Shown here: positions 19,579 to 31,582 of the stretch, piece after piece
How positions within the stretch are numbered: the first letter of the stretch is position 1
Layout of the letters: each line of letters opens with the position of its first letter
Source of the DNA: Rickettsiales bacterium UBA2645
GTDB lineage: Bacteria > Pseudomonadota > Alphaproteobacteria > Rickettsiales > UBA1997
NCBI GenBank assembly: GCA_002359655.1
Contig: DENL01000031.1
Location: 15,651-79,650, forward strand
DNA: 64,000 bases
Direction of reading: 5' to 3'
Translations under genes and position numbers: made by a program
Notes under the pieces: generated by a model
Told to the model about the DNA's origin: nothing
Seen by the model: only the letters and a program-made list of their open reading frames with translations
Database searches by the model: none

Positions 19579-20543
19579 TTGATAATCTTTTTTAATAATT
19601 CCGCGGCTTCTTTTTTGGTTTTATCAGCAGCTGCTGTGCCAAGACCAATCGCACTTTTAAGATCAGCATCTCCTTGCAAAGAAGTGGTGAAAATTTCTTT
19701 GCCTTCATTTTCTAAAATCATGGTTTTTAAGTGAATTAAATCATTTTCAATAATAGCATGCACTGCAACCGGCGTTGAACAGGAAGCACCAAGTCCACGT
19801 AAAAAAGTGCGTTCAGCTTTAACACAAATTTGTGTTTCTAAGTGATTTATCTTGGAAAGAATTTCAGAAATTTTTTCATTATCTTTGCGACTTTGAATTG
19901 CCAGAGCGCCCTGTCCACCAGCTGGCAACATCATGTCTTTTTCGATAAAATTTTTATTTTTATAACCAAGGGGACAGGCAACCGAAATCTTGTTTTGTTC
20001 ATAACCCAAACGCTCAAGTCCGCAAACTGCTAGAATAGTGGCGTCAACTTCATCATTTTCAATTTTTGTCAAACGAGTTGTTACATTGCCGCGAAAATTT
20101 ACGATTTGCAAATCTGGTCGTAAACGCAGCAAAATTGCTTTGCGACGCGCTGAAGAAGTTCCAACAATCGCGCTTTTTGGCAAATCAAAAATCGAATCAA
20201 ATTTTTTGGAAACAAAACAATCTCTAGCATCAAATCTTTTTGTAAAAGCAGCTAGATGGGTTGAAGAGTGCAAAAACGGCGGAACATCTTTTGCTGAATG
20301 AATGGCAATATCGATTTTATTTTGAATAAGAGATTCTTCTAACTCTTTGATAAAAAGGCCTTTGCCTCCGATATCAGCCAAGTTACGATCTTGGATTTTA
20401 TCGCCTGAAGTTGTGATTGGGACTATCTCAATTTGAAAATTTTGTAGATGCGGATTTAGTAGTGACTTAACTTCTTCAACTTGTGCAAGTGCTAGTTTGC
20501 TGGTTCTAGTACCGATTCTGATTTTGTTAGAAGTTAAAGACAT
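19575..20543 (-). CDS. hemC: Porphobilinogen deaminase (hydroxymethylbilane synthase)
   Basis: An ATG at 20543 gives MSLTSNKIRIGTRTSKLALAQ. GNVTTRL and the cofactor Cys region GASCSTPVA are present. Confidence 0.9.
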   Translation of the reverse strand: MSLTSNKIRIGTRTSKLALAQVEEVKSLLNPHLQNFQIEIVPITTSGDKIQDRNLADIGGKGLFIKELEESLIQNKIDIAIHSAKDVPPFLHSSTHLAAFTKRFDARDCFVSKKFDSIFDLPKSAIVGTSSARRKAILLRLRPDLQIVNFRGNVTTRLTKIENDEVDATILAVCGLERLGYEQNKISVACPLGYKNKNFIEKDMMLPAGGQGALAIQSRKDNEKISEILSKINHLETQICVKAERTFLRGLGASCSTPVAVHAIIENDLIHLKTMILENEGKEIFTTSLQGDADLKSAIGLGTAAADKTKKEAAELLKKIIN

Positions 20544-20597
20544 CAGCGAAAACAAAGGACGGAAAAAGTCATGCTGTATTTGTAGAAGCATGAAGAG

Positions 20598-20628
20598 TTA
20601 AAAAGCTCTTCGCCAAAAAACCAAGAGC
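20598..20628 (-). terminator. Candidate intrinsic terminator after rpmJ
   Basis: On the minus strand the sequence reads gctctt-(12 nt loop)-aagagc followed by ttttt. The stem is only 6 bp. Confidence 0.35.
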
Positions 20629-20638
20629 TAAAAATAAA

Positions 20639-20764
20639 CTAGCCTTGTCTAGCTTTGAATCTTGGATTGGTTTTGTTGATTACATAAAGACGGCCTTTTC
20701 TGCGGACGATTTTGCAATCTTTGTGTCTTTTTTTTGCAGATTTTAGCGAGTTGTAAATTTTCAT
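20639..20764 (-). CDS. rpmJ: 50S ribosomal protein L36 (type 2, Zn-independent form)
   Basis: The 41-aa product is [41 protein letters not shown]. The longer track ORF is rejected. Confidence 0.85.
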   Translation of the reverse strand: MKIYNSLKSAKKRHKDCKIVRRKGRLYVINKTNPRFKARQG

Positions 20765-20883
20765 CTTACGATCCTTCTTGAATAATAATTTTAGGGATTT
20801 TTGAACTTGGAAACATTGGCGCTTGTCAGAGAGGCGGCGCAAATTAGTTTTGCTAAAACAAATTGTCAACCGCCTCAAATTTT

Positions 20884-22065
20884 TTATCTGTCTACTTCAC
20901 CAAAAACAATATCTTGCGTTGAAATTACTGTAACAACATCAGCAAGCATATGTCCTTTAACCATAAACTCCAAACCTTGTAGGTGAGCAAAACCAGGAGC
21001 GCGCAATCTGCAACGATATGGTTTGTTGCCGCCTTCAGAAATTAAATAAACACCAAACTCGCCTTTTGGCGCCTCAACTGCCGCATAAGCTTCGCCTTTT
21101 GGCACGTGATAGCCTTCGGTAAATAATTTGAAGTGGTTAATCAAAGCTTCCATCGAATGTTTCATTTCCGATCTTTTTGGCGGAGCAATTTTTTTATCGT
21201 CAGTTACGATTGAACCAGCAGGAATTTTTTCAACACATTGGTTGATCAATTTGATTGATTGGCGCATTTCCTCAACGCGAATCAAATAACGATCATAAGA
21301 ATCACCATTTTTTCCAATTGGCACATCAAAGTCTAACTCATCGTAAATTTCATAAGGTTGGCTTTTACGTAGATCCCATGCAATTCCAGAACCACGAACC
21401 ATCGGGCCAGAAAATCCAAAATTCAAAGCTTGCTCTTTGGAAACAATTCCAATTTCTACCATACGCTGTTTGAAGATGCGATTTTCTGTCAGAAGAGATT
21501 CTAAATCGTCAATTAACTTTGGGAAATTTTTAGCGAAGTCAGAAATTTCTTCAAGCAAGCCGTCTGGCAAATCTTGATGAACTCCACCGGGACGAATATA
21601 AGCTGAGTGCATTCTTGAGCCAGAAACTTTTTCGTAAAATCCCATCATTTTCTCACGTTCCTCAAACAACCACAAAAGCGGAGTCATAGCACCAACATCA
21701 AGAGCTTGAGTTGTGATGGCCATTATGTGGTTTAAGATGCGAGTAATTTCAGAAAATAAAACCCGAATAAACTTAGCGCGGCGTGGAATTTCACAACCCA
21801 ATAATTTTTCTACGACCAGAGCGTAAGCATGTTCTTGGCACATTGGCGAAACATAATCCAAACGATCAAAGTAAGGAACGGCTTGCAAATAAGTTTTGTA
21901 TTCGATCAATTTTTCAGTACCGCGATGCAATAAGCCGATGTGCGGATCAGCACGAGTAATTACCTCGCCATCCATTTCTAATATTAAGCGCAAAACTCCG
22001 TGAGCAGCTGGATGTTGTGGACCAAAGTTAATGGTTATGTTTTTGGTTTCTGTTTGAGAAGTCAT
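20884..22065 (-). CDS. nuoD: NADH-quinone oxidoreductase subunit D
   Basis: [14 protein letters not shown] at the N-terminus and DIVFGEVDR at the C-terminus are both present. Confidence 0.95.
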   Translation of the reverse strand: MTSQTETKNITINFGPQHPAAHGVLRLILEMDGEVITRADPHIGLLHRGTEKLIEYKTYLQAVPYFDRLDYVSPMCQEHAYALVVEKLLGCEIPRRAKFIRVLFSEITRILNHIMAITTQALDVGAMTPLLWLFEEREKMMGFYEKVSGSRMHSAYIRPGGVHQDLPDGLLEEISDFAKNFPKLIDDLESLLTENRIFKQRMVEIGIVSKEQALNFGFSGPMVRGSGIAWDLRKSQPYEIYDELDFDVPIGKNGDSYDRYLIRVEEMRQSIKLINQCVEKIPAGSIVTDDKKIAPPKRSEMKHSMEALINHFKLFTEGYHVPKGEAYAAVEAPKGEFGVYLISEGGNKPYRCRLRAPGFAHLQGLEFMVKGHMLADVVTVISTQDIVFGEVDR

Positions 22066-22154
22066 GTTTGATTATTTTTTATAAAAAGATGAGGCAGAGC
22101 TTTTTAAATTGAGCAGACGAAAAAACAAATAATTTTAAAAAGCAGAATTATCGC

Positions 22155-23096
22155 TTAGCGAATTTTTTGAATTAAAGCGTTCTCAATAATCTGAGAATCA
22201 TGGCCCAAAAGCAAAGGCAGCATATCAGTTGCGTGACCTAAAGATTTTGATTTTTCTTGAAAAAGTGGAATTTTTAAATTTGCTTCCTGCAATTTTTCAG
22301 CAAATTTTTTAATTGCCATTTCAATATTTTTAGCTTTTGGAGTTCCGTGCAGATTGGCTTGCAAGAAATTTCCTAGGATAATTGCTTGCGGATATTTTTT
22401 CTGCTCAGAAATAATTTGTATTATTTGATAAAAATAACGATCCAGCCTTTCACCATCTTCGCCCTCATCTTCCAAAAATAAAATTTTATTTTGCCAATCG
22501 ATTTGATTTTTAGTACCAAATTGCGCTGCAATAACGCTAACACAGCCTCCAGTAATAAATGAACTAATGGTTTTTTTAGCAGAAATAAAGGGTTTTAAAG
22601 AATATTTTAGCTCAGCAGTTTTGTCAAAAATTAAATCGGTAATTGCTGTGATTGATTTTTTACTAACATGTCCAAGCGCAATCTGAGCAAGCATCGGAGC
22701 TACCACAACTTTCCAATTCCATTGCTCAATTAAAAAACTATTCAGCGCTGAAATATCAGAAAATCCGATGAAAATTTTTTGTTGTTTTGGCTTTTTTATT
22801 TTCGCTAAAAGTGGCAACAACTCAGCGGTGCCATAGCCTCCACGCGCGCACCAAATTATTTTTGAATTGGATTTAACTGATTTTTTAAATTGCTCAAGAC
22901 GCTTCACAGCTTTGAAAGATGGGAATTCGTGAGCGACAGATTTTTTTACTGTTGTTTCTTTTTCTAAAAAAATATTTGGCTGTAACTTGATTTTTTTCAA
23001 AAAATCTTTGATTTTTTTTACCTCATCCGAAGTGCCTGCAGTTCCAAGAAAAACCACGTCTACTACATCATCTTTTTTTAAGAATTTTAGATTCAT
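22155..23096 (-). CDS. LD-carboxypeptidase (peptidase S66, LdcA-like)
   Basis: ARGGYGTAELLP, GFSDISAL and a C-terminal LGHA region are typical of S66. Confidence 0.65.
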   Translation of the reverse strand: MNLKFLKKDDVVDVVFLGTAGTSDEVKKIKDFLKKIKLQPNIFLEKETTVKKSVAHEFPSFKAVKRLEQFKKSVKSNSKIIWCARGGYGTAELLPLLAKIKKPKQQKIFIGFSDISALNSFLIEQWNWKVVVAPMLAQIALGHVSKKSITAITDLIFDKTAELKYSLKPFISAKKTISSFITGGCVSVIAAQFGTKNQIDWQNKILFLEDEGEDGERLDRYFYQIIQIISEQKKYPQAIILGNFLQANLHGTPKAKNIEMAIKKFAEKLQEANLKIPLFQEKSKSLGHATDMLPLLLGHDSQIIENALIQKIR

Positions 23097-23180
23097 TTTA
23101 TCTCAAGAATTTAGTTTACATTTAGCTGAACAAATTTGTATTTTGTTGGCGTAATTTCCAATTAAAAAATCTGTAAAAAA

Positions 23181-25741
<2,561 letters not shown>

Positions 25742-25762
25742 ATCAAGCTCTTGAAGCTCTAA

Positions 25763-26602
25763 ATGAAACAATATCTCAACACAAATCAATCAAGATCAAA
25801 CTACAGCCTACAATACAATTTTAGTCTAATATTTAGAAAAATTGAGTTGGTGGTTTTTTGCTTTTTATGCGTAATTCTTTTAATCACCTCTAAACTTAAC
25901 AAAGAATTTTCTGACAACATCTCAATGGGTTTTGTCTCCACATCTTTGCCAGTTGTAAAATTCGCGTCATTTCCCTTCAACGCCACAATCAATCTTTTAA
26001 CTAATTTTGGCGAATTAGTTGATGCAAAAAAGGAAAACGAATCTCTTAAAGAAGAAAACGAAAAACTCAGAAATTTTTATATCAAATCCTTAAATATTAA
26101 TCGCGAAAACAAAGAACTAAAAAACACTTTGCGCTTTGTCACAACTAAAAGCTCAAATTTTAAAGTCGCACGTATTATAGGCAGATCAAACCAACTTTTT
26201 AATCAAACTTTATTTATCGATGCCGGCAAAGATCGCGGTATTAAAGAAGGTAGTATTGTGACTGGAAATCGCGGCGTTATTGGTAGAATTTCTCAAGTTG
26301 GCGAGAATAAATCACGCCTGATTTTAGTAACCGATGCCAGTTCGCGTATTCCTGTAATCGCTTCTAAATCAAGAGTGCGCGGCATTTTGTCTGGCAATAA
26401 CAGTGCTTTGATGGAAATTTTATACTTACAAAAAAATCACAATATTCGTACTGGCGACTGGATTTTTACTTCTGGAGATGGAGATACCTTGCCTCCTGGG
26501 CTTTTGATTGGCGTGGTCAAAAAGGTTGATACTTCTTATACTGCGGTTGAGATGGTAGAAAATATTAATAATTCCGATATCGTCACAATTTTGGATTACT
26601 AA
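25763..26602 (+). CDS. mreC: Rod shape-determining protein MreC
   Basis: It directly follows mreB. It has a TM helix, a coiled coil ENESLKEENEKLR, and the motifs GIKEGSIV and GDTLPPGLLIG. Confidence 0.8.
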   Translation: MKQYLNTNQSRSNYSLQYNFSLIFRKIELVVFCFLCVILLITSKLNKEFSDNISMGFVSTSLPVVKFASFPFNATINLLTNFGELVDAKKENESLKEENEKLRNFYIKSLNINRENKELKNTLRFVTTKSSNFKVARIIGRSNQLFNQTLFIDAGKDRGIKEGSIVTGNRGVIGRISQVGENKSRLILVTDASSRIPVIASKSRVRGILSGNNSALMEILYLQKNHNIRTGDWIFTSGDGDTLPPGLLIGVVKKVDTSYTAVEMVENINNSDIVTILDY

Positions 26603-26605
26603 TCG

Positions 26606-27205
26606 CTATTTTTTAGCACTAGCTATCTCGAATTTCTTGATCTCGTTAATCATAAAAGGAATTTGCGAAATTGTAAAAATTAGCGAGATTGGCATCATGC
26701 CAAAAACTTTGAACTGTACCCAAAAATCGGTCGAAAAATTTCGCCAAATAACTTCGTTTACGCAAGCAAGGAGAACAAAAAAACAGCCCCAACGCCAAGA
26801 TAAAGTCAGCCAAGCTTTGTTGGATATTTGCACTTTTGAACCAAGTAAATTCGATAACCACAGTTTTTTGGCAAAGTAGCAATAAAATAAAATTGCCGCA
26901 AAAAGTAGGTTTATCACAGTTGGCTTCATCTTGATAAAAATTTCATCTCGCAGAATTATAGTTGCAGTTCCAAAAATTCCTAAAATCAGACCAGAAAACA
27001 AAGCCATTTTAGCAATTTTTTTAGTTAAAATATAAGAGATAACTAAAGCGATCAGAGTGGCAATCATCAAAGCAATAGTTGCTGTAATCAATTGATTAGA
27101 TCCGGCAGAGAATTTATAAAAAATAAAAAAAACTACTAAAGGAAAGTAATCACAGAAAAAACTAGCCCAAGACTCGCGCGAATTTTTTACAGTTTTTTTG
27201 GTCAT
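26606..27205 (-). CDS. yciB: Intracellular septation protein A (YciB/IspZ family)
   Basis: It is a five-TM small protein with YciB-like FFPLVVFF..KPTVINLLFAAILF. Confidence 0.7.
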   Translation of the reverse strand: MTKKTVKNSRESWASFFCDYFPLVVFFIFYKFSAGSNQLITATIALMIATLIALVISYILTKKIAKMALFSGLILGIFGTATIILRDEIFIKMKPTVINLLFAAILFYCYFAKKLWLSNLLGSKVQISNKAWLTLSWRWGCFFVLLACVNEVIWRNFSTDFWVQFKVFGMMPISLIFTISQIPFMINEIKKFEIASAKK

Positions 27206-27206
27206 T

Positions 27207-27806
27207 TTATTGGCAGTTTAAATTAGATTTTTCTGACTTAATTGGAGAAATTTCTTTTAAAATAATTTGATAAGTCAAAGCAGAATTATTTTCTGATAAA
27301 AATTTAGCAAGTGCTGCATCTTCTGTTTGAAAGCCTTGCGGGATTATAATATTTCTAACTCCGCCTCTTTTCATACCGATAATATTTTTTTCAATCAGCC
27401 ATTCTTTTTTACTGCCAATCAAAAGCTTCAGATCGTTTTTTACTTCCAGAGTTTTGTTATTAGCAGCACTTAACATGACAAAGGCATTAACTTCAGATCC
27501 GCAAACAACTTTTTTTTCTCCAGCACCCAAATCGATATCTTTTAATTCCAAAGACAATTGCGCAGAATCTTGACTTTTTTCTTTGTCACCTGATTGCTCT
27601 TTGGTTTTTGCATAGGAGCGCGCAGCGCTGACATTGCTGGCGATAAATTTTCCTTTTTGCTCCATCTCACCAAGATTTGTTTTTATTCTTTCGGCTGAAA
27701 GGCGATTTCCTAAACTTTGCGGATTTTGCTTATTATTGAATAATGCAAAGTAAATGATGGCTATTACGCCAACAATTTTTACCAAAGGATTTTGCAGGAG
27801 TTTCAT
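27207..27806 (-). CDS. Membrane-anchored FKBP-like domain protein (divergent)
   Basis: It has an N-terminal TM helix. LLIGSKKEWLIEKNIIGMKRGGVRNIIIP resembles the FKBP core (lG.g.vi.g.e.gl.gMk.Gg.r.l.iP). Confidence 0.4.
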   Translation of the reverse strand: MKLLQNPLVKIVGVIAIIYFALFNNKQNPQSLGNRLSAERIKTNLGEMEQKGKFIASNVSAARSYAKTKEQSGDKEKSQDSAQLSLELKDIDLGAGEKKVVCGSEVNAFVMLSAANNKTLEVKNDLKLLIGSKKEWLIEKNIIGMKRGGVRNIIIPQGFQTEDAALAKFLSENNSALTYQIILKEISPIKSEKSNLNCQ

Positions 27807-27811
27807 AAACT

Positions 27812-28438
27812 TCAGATGTTTGTGATTAATGATTCTAAAATGGCTCCGTGGCGAAGAATTTCAATTTTCTTGCCAGCAACTTTAACCACGGTGGAAATAT
27901 TTTTTGGCGTCAAATTTCCGCCGTCAATGATTAAATCTAGATCAGAATTTACGAAATATTTTTCTACTTCTGTAGCTTTGGATGCAGGTTCTAATCCAGA
28001 TGGATTTGCGCTGGTAACCGCCAAAACTCCATCAAAAGCTGCAATTAATTTTTTGACGAAATCGCAATCAACAATACGAAATCCCAAAAAATTTTCTGCA
28101 TCTAAATTTAAATTTTTGGCAATTTTTATCTTAGTTTGTGACTTTTGTTTTAAGACCAAAGTTAAACTTCCTGGCAGAAATTTTTTAGAAATTTTTTCAG
28201 CCGTTTCATCAAAATCAAAAATATCTTTAGCGGTTGCAATATCTTTCACAAATATTGCAATTGGTTTTTTTGGATCGCGTTTTTTTAAAAGATATAAAAG
28301 CTCAACAGCTTTTTCATTGCAGGCGTCAACCCCAATTCCGTAAACTGTGTCAGTTGCAAATGATATTGCCTTTCCCGACCTTAAAAATTTACAGGCCAAA
28401 TCGATTGATTGCGGATTATTTTGCGCGATTATTTTCAT
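27812..28438 (-). CDS. tsaC: L-threonylcarbamoyladenylate synthase (YrdC/TsaC domain)
   Basis: ISFATDTVYGIGVDA, PIAIF and LAVTSANPSG motifs are present. Confidence 0.75.
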   Translation of the reverse strand: MKIIAQNNPQSIDLACKFLRSGKAISFATDTVYGIGVDACNEKAVELLYLLKKRDPKKPIAIFVKDIATAKDIFDFDETAEKISKKFLPGSLTLVLKQKSQTKIKIAKNLNLDAENFLGFRIVDCDFVKKLIAAFDGVLAVTSANPSGLEPASKATEVEKYFVNSDLDLIIDGGNLTPKNISTVVKVAGKKIEILRHGAILESLITNI

Positions 28439-28442
28439 CTTT

Positions 28443-29081
28443 TTATTTTTTAATTAGATCTTTTATTGGCTGAAAAGTTTGACGGTGAAATTTAGAAATT
28501 CCAAATTCAAAAATTTTCTCAATATGAAATTTAGTTGGATAGGCAGCATTTTTATCCCAAGAATATTGCGGAAATTCTTTGTGTAAATCACGCATTATCT
28601 TGTCGCGAGTTTCTTTGGCAATAATAGACGCAGCAGCAATTGATAAGCTTTTCTGATCACCCTTTATCACTGGTAAAATTTTTTGAATTTGATTAGACGC
28701 CTCAAACGGAATAAAATTTCCATCGACCAAAATTGCTTGCGGAAAAATCTGATATTTCGAAATCAAATCTTGGTAGGCCAACTTCATGGCTAATTTTGTT
28801 GCTTGTAAAATGTTTATTTCATCAATTTTTTTAGCGTCGACCAGACCAATTCCGAAATATGATTTTTCTTTTAATTCTATAAAAATTTTTTGGCGTAACT
28901 TTGCGGTAAGTTTTTTTGAATCGTTAATTTCTTTGGGATAATTTTTACTATCAAGAATAACGCAAGATGCTACTACAGGACCAGCAAGTGGACCTCTTCC
29001 TGCTTCGTCAATTCCAGCAACAATCAAATCATTAAAGGAATTCTCAATTAAAAAATTGGGAAAAGTTTTCTGCTCTTGCAT
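28443..29081 (-). CDS. rnhB: Ribonuclease HII
   Basis: GIDEAGRGPLAGPVV and ASIIAK motifs are present. Confidence 0.9.
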   Translation of the reverse strand: MQEQKTFPNFLIENSFNDLIVAGIDEAGRGPLAGPVVASCVILDSKNYPKEINDSKKLTAKLRQKIFIELKEKSYFGIGLVDAKKIDEINILQATKLAMKLAYQDLISKYQIFPQAILVDGNFIPFEASNQIQKILPVIKGDQKSLSIAAASIIAKETRDKIMRDLHKEFPQYSWDKNAAYPTKFHIEKIFEFGISKFHRQTFQPIKDLIKK

Positions 29082-29182
29082 TTAAGTAATATGTTAATTT
29101 TAATTACAAAAAATTTGTCTTGTTTCTGCTTTAGATTACACTGAATCCTTAAATTCAATCAACCTTTAAACAACTAAACTTT

Positions 29183-30046
29183 ATGTCATTTTTAAATAAA
29201 AGCAGCTTTGGCAGCAAACCTTCTTTGGTTAAGCCAATTGCAATAATCATCGCGATTTTATTGGTAATCGGCGGCTCTTATACACTTCTTGGCAAAAAAA
29301 ATAATTCAGCAGAAGCTAACAAAGAACAAGCTGCAGAAGCAGAAGTTCAACCAAGCGGCCTAGATAAAGGTAGCAATATTGACAACGTTGGAGATGTTGA
29401 AAAAGTTATCGCTAAATGGATCGAAGCCAATCCAAAAGCCATCATCGCTTCAGTCACTAATATGCAAAAGAAAGCTATGGAACAACAAGCTCAAGATGCT
29501 CAAAAAAATATTTCTGGAAAAAAAGATGAAATATTCAACGATCCAAATTCTGCATCTTATGCACCAGCGGGTTTTGATGTTACAATCGTTGAGTTCTTCG
29601 ACTACTCTTGTGGCTATTGCAAAAAAGCTCAAAGTTCAGTTAGTGAGCTCCTAAAACAAGACAAGAAAGTTAAAATTATTTACAAAGAATATCCAATTCT
29701 TGGTCAAGCTTCAGTTGATATGTCACAAGTTGCAGTAGCAGTTAATATTATCGATTCAGCTGGCTATAAAAAATTCCACGATGCTTTGATGAAATCAAAC
29801 GCACACAGCAAAGATGAAGCAATTAAAATTGCTAAATCTGTTGGTATCAACGGCGAAAAATTGGAAAAAACTTTGAAAAACGAGCAAGAAAAAATTGCAA
29901 AAATTCTGCAAGACAACTCAACTCTCGGCGCTTCAATTGGAATTACTGGAACACCAGGATTCATCATTGGTGAAGAATTAATTCCAGGCGCTGTTGATGT
30001 CGCAACTCTAAAAGAAAAAATTGCTGCAATTAGAAGCAAAAAATAA
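29183..30046 (+). CDS. DsbA/Com1-like thioredoxin-fold protein, membrane anchored
   Basis: It has a CGYC active site (FFDYSCGYCKK), an N-terminal TM helix and GTPGFIIG near the C-terminus. Confidence 0.7.
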   Translation: MSFLNKSSFGSKPSLVKPIAIIIAILLVIGGSYTLLGKKNNSAEANKEQAAEAEVQPSGLDKGSNIDNVGDVEKVIAKWIEANPKAIIASVTNMQKKAMEQQAQDAQKNISGKKDEIFNDPNSASYAPAGFDVTIVEFFDYSCGYCKKAQSSVSELLKQDKKVKIIYKEYPILGQASVDMSQVAVAVNIIDSAGYKKFHDALMKSNAHSKDEAIKIAKSVGINGEKLEKTLKNEQEKIAKILQDNSTLGASIGITGTPGFIIGEELIPGAVDVATLKEKIAAIRSKK

Positions 30047-30054
30047 TTTAAACG

Positions 30055-30084
30055 AGCCTGCGTCCTTCTAAAACGCAGGCTTTA
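30055..30084 (+). terminator. Candidate terminator hairpin after the DsbA-like gene
   Basis: A 9-bp stem agcctgcgt/acgcaggct has a 9-nt loop and is followed by ttt. Confidence 0.45.
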
Positions 30085-30109
30085 AAGCTCTAAACGAGCA
30101 CTTCTCTTA

Positions 30110-31396
30110 ATGATTAGCCACTCTCTTGATTTCTCTTCTCTCTCTGATCAACAAAAATCAGTAATTCAATCTTTCGAAGCTGGTAAAAATATTTTAGTTA
30201 CTGGCGGTGCTGGTACTGGAAAATCTTATTTGCTCAGCTTCTTAAAAAGAAATTATCCGATTTCACGTCTTGAAATCACTGCTAGCACTGGAATTGCCGC
30301 ACTCAACGTTGGAGGATCAACAATTCACTCTTGGGCTGGAATTGGTCTGGCTAATCTGCCGGTTGAGAAAATTATTGAAAACATTTTTAGCGCTAAAGCA
30401 ATTCGTGCCAGACGGCGCATTAAACAAGCTCGTGCTTTAGCAATTGATGAAATCTCAATGATTTCTGCTGAAGTTTTTGAAATTATAAACCGCGTTTTTC
30501 AAGCGGTACGCGAAAATAATTTGCCGATGGGAGGTATTCAAATCATTGCCTTTGGCGACTTTTTACAACTTCCACCAATTACTCGCGACAATCAAAATTA
30601 TGATTTTTGCTTTAATAGCAAAACTTGGAAAAACTTAGATTTTGAAGCTGTTGTTTTAGAGAAAGCTTTTCGTCAAAGTGACGCAGAATTTGTAAGAATT
30701 TTAAACAATTTACGCTTTGGCAAAATCAGCGCAGAAGATCGTGAAGTTCTAGAGTCACGCATTAAAGCCAAGGATGAAAATAAGATTATTCGTCCAACAA
30801 TTCTGACTACGCACAATTATAAAGTGGAAAAAATTAACGAGTTAGAATTGCAAAAAATTCCACAACCAGAAGTGCAATACAAAGCCAATTATAACGGCGC
30901 ACCAGAAAAAATAGAATTTTTACGACGTAATTGTTTAGCACAAGAAACCTTGCGCCTCAAGGTTGGAGCTCAAGTTATGATGATTAAAAATACTTATCAA
31001 AAAGATGGCATAATAAATGGATCTCTTGGCGTCATTAAAGACTTCTCTCAGAAAAAATCTTTTCCAATTGTTGAATTCGCCAATGGCAAAATAATTACCA
31101 TTGGATCTGAAGAATGGCTGTTAGAAAAATTCAATGAAACTAGCAAAGAAATCAGTGTGGAAGCATCATTAAATCAAATACCTTTGATTCTGGCTTGGGC
31201 AATTACAATTCACAAATCACAAGGCTTAACTCTGGATAAAATCTCTTGCGACTTATCTGAAACTTTTAGCCCAGGGCAAATCTACGTTGCACTTTCGAGA
31301 GCGCGCTCTTTGAGCGGTGTTTTTATTGAATCAATTAATTTTGATCGCCTGAATTCAAATGATGAAGCTGTTAAATTCTATCGCAATTTAGCCTAA
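30110..31396 (+). CDS. PIF1/RecD-like SF1B DNA helicase
   Basis: It has Walker A VTGGAGTGKSY, ALAIDEISM, GDFLQLPPI and the C-terminal motifs AITIHKSQGLTLD and YVALSRAR. Confidence 0.65.
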   Translation: MISHSLDFSSLSDQQKSVIQSFEAGKNILVTGGAGTGKSYLLSFLKRNYPISRLEITASTGIAALNVGGSTIHSWAGIGLANLPVEKIIENIFSAKAIRARRRIKQARALAIDEISMISAEVFEIINRVFQAVRENNLPMGGIQIIAFGDFLQLPPITRDNQNYDFCFNSKTWKNLDFEAVVLEKAFRQSDAEFVRILNNLRFGKISAEDREVLESRIKAKDENKIIRPTILTTHNYKVEKINELELQKIPQPEVQYKANYNGAPEKIEFLRRNCLAQETLRLKVGAQVMMIKNTYQKDGIINGSLGVIKDFSQKKSFPIVEFANGKIITIGSEEWLLEKFNETSKEISVEASLNQIPLILAWAITIHKSQGLTLDKISCDLSETFSPGQIYVALSRARSLSGVFIESINFDRLNSNDEAVKFYRNLA

Positions 31397-31582
31397 ATGC
31401 CATTCTTCTGCAAATTATCCGACAACCCTCAAGGCGTTTATTACGCAATTATTTCTTATTTTGTTTTTGGCGAGATAATCGATATTTGGGTTATTATCGG
31501 ATCATTGGTAATTTTATGTGGCGTCATTATAGTAATACCAAAAAGACAAAGCAAAAGTCAGGTTCATGCTAAATTACTTTAA
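31397..31582 (+). pseudogene. Remnant of the C-terminal end of an EamA/DMT-family transporter
   Basis: The 61-aa ORF contains YYAIISYFVFGEIIDIWVIIGSLVILCGVIIV, which resembles the last TM pair of EamA proteins. It abuts the helicase stop and overlaps the hemA start. Confidence 0.4.

Noticed and set aside
27792-28343. 183-aa ORF antisense to tsaC.
   Set aside because: It is a shadow ORF of a well-supported gene with no recognisable domain. The same reasoning applies to the antisense ORFs at 8259-8591, 10741-11064, 15446-15751, 36911-37249 and 41614-42036.
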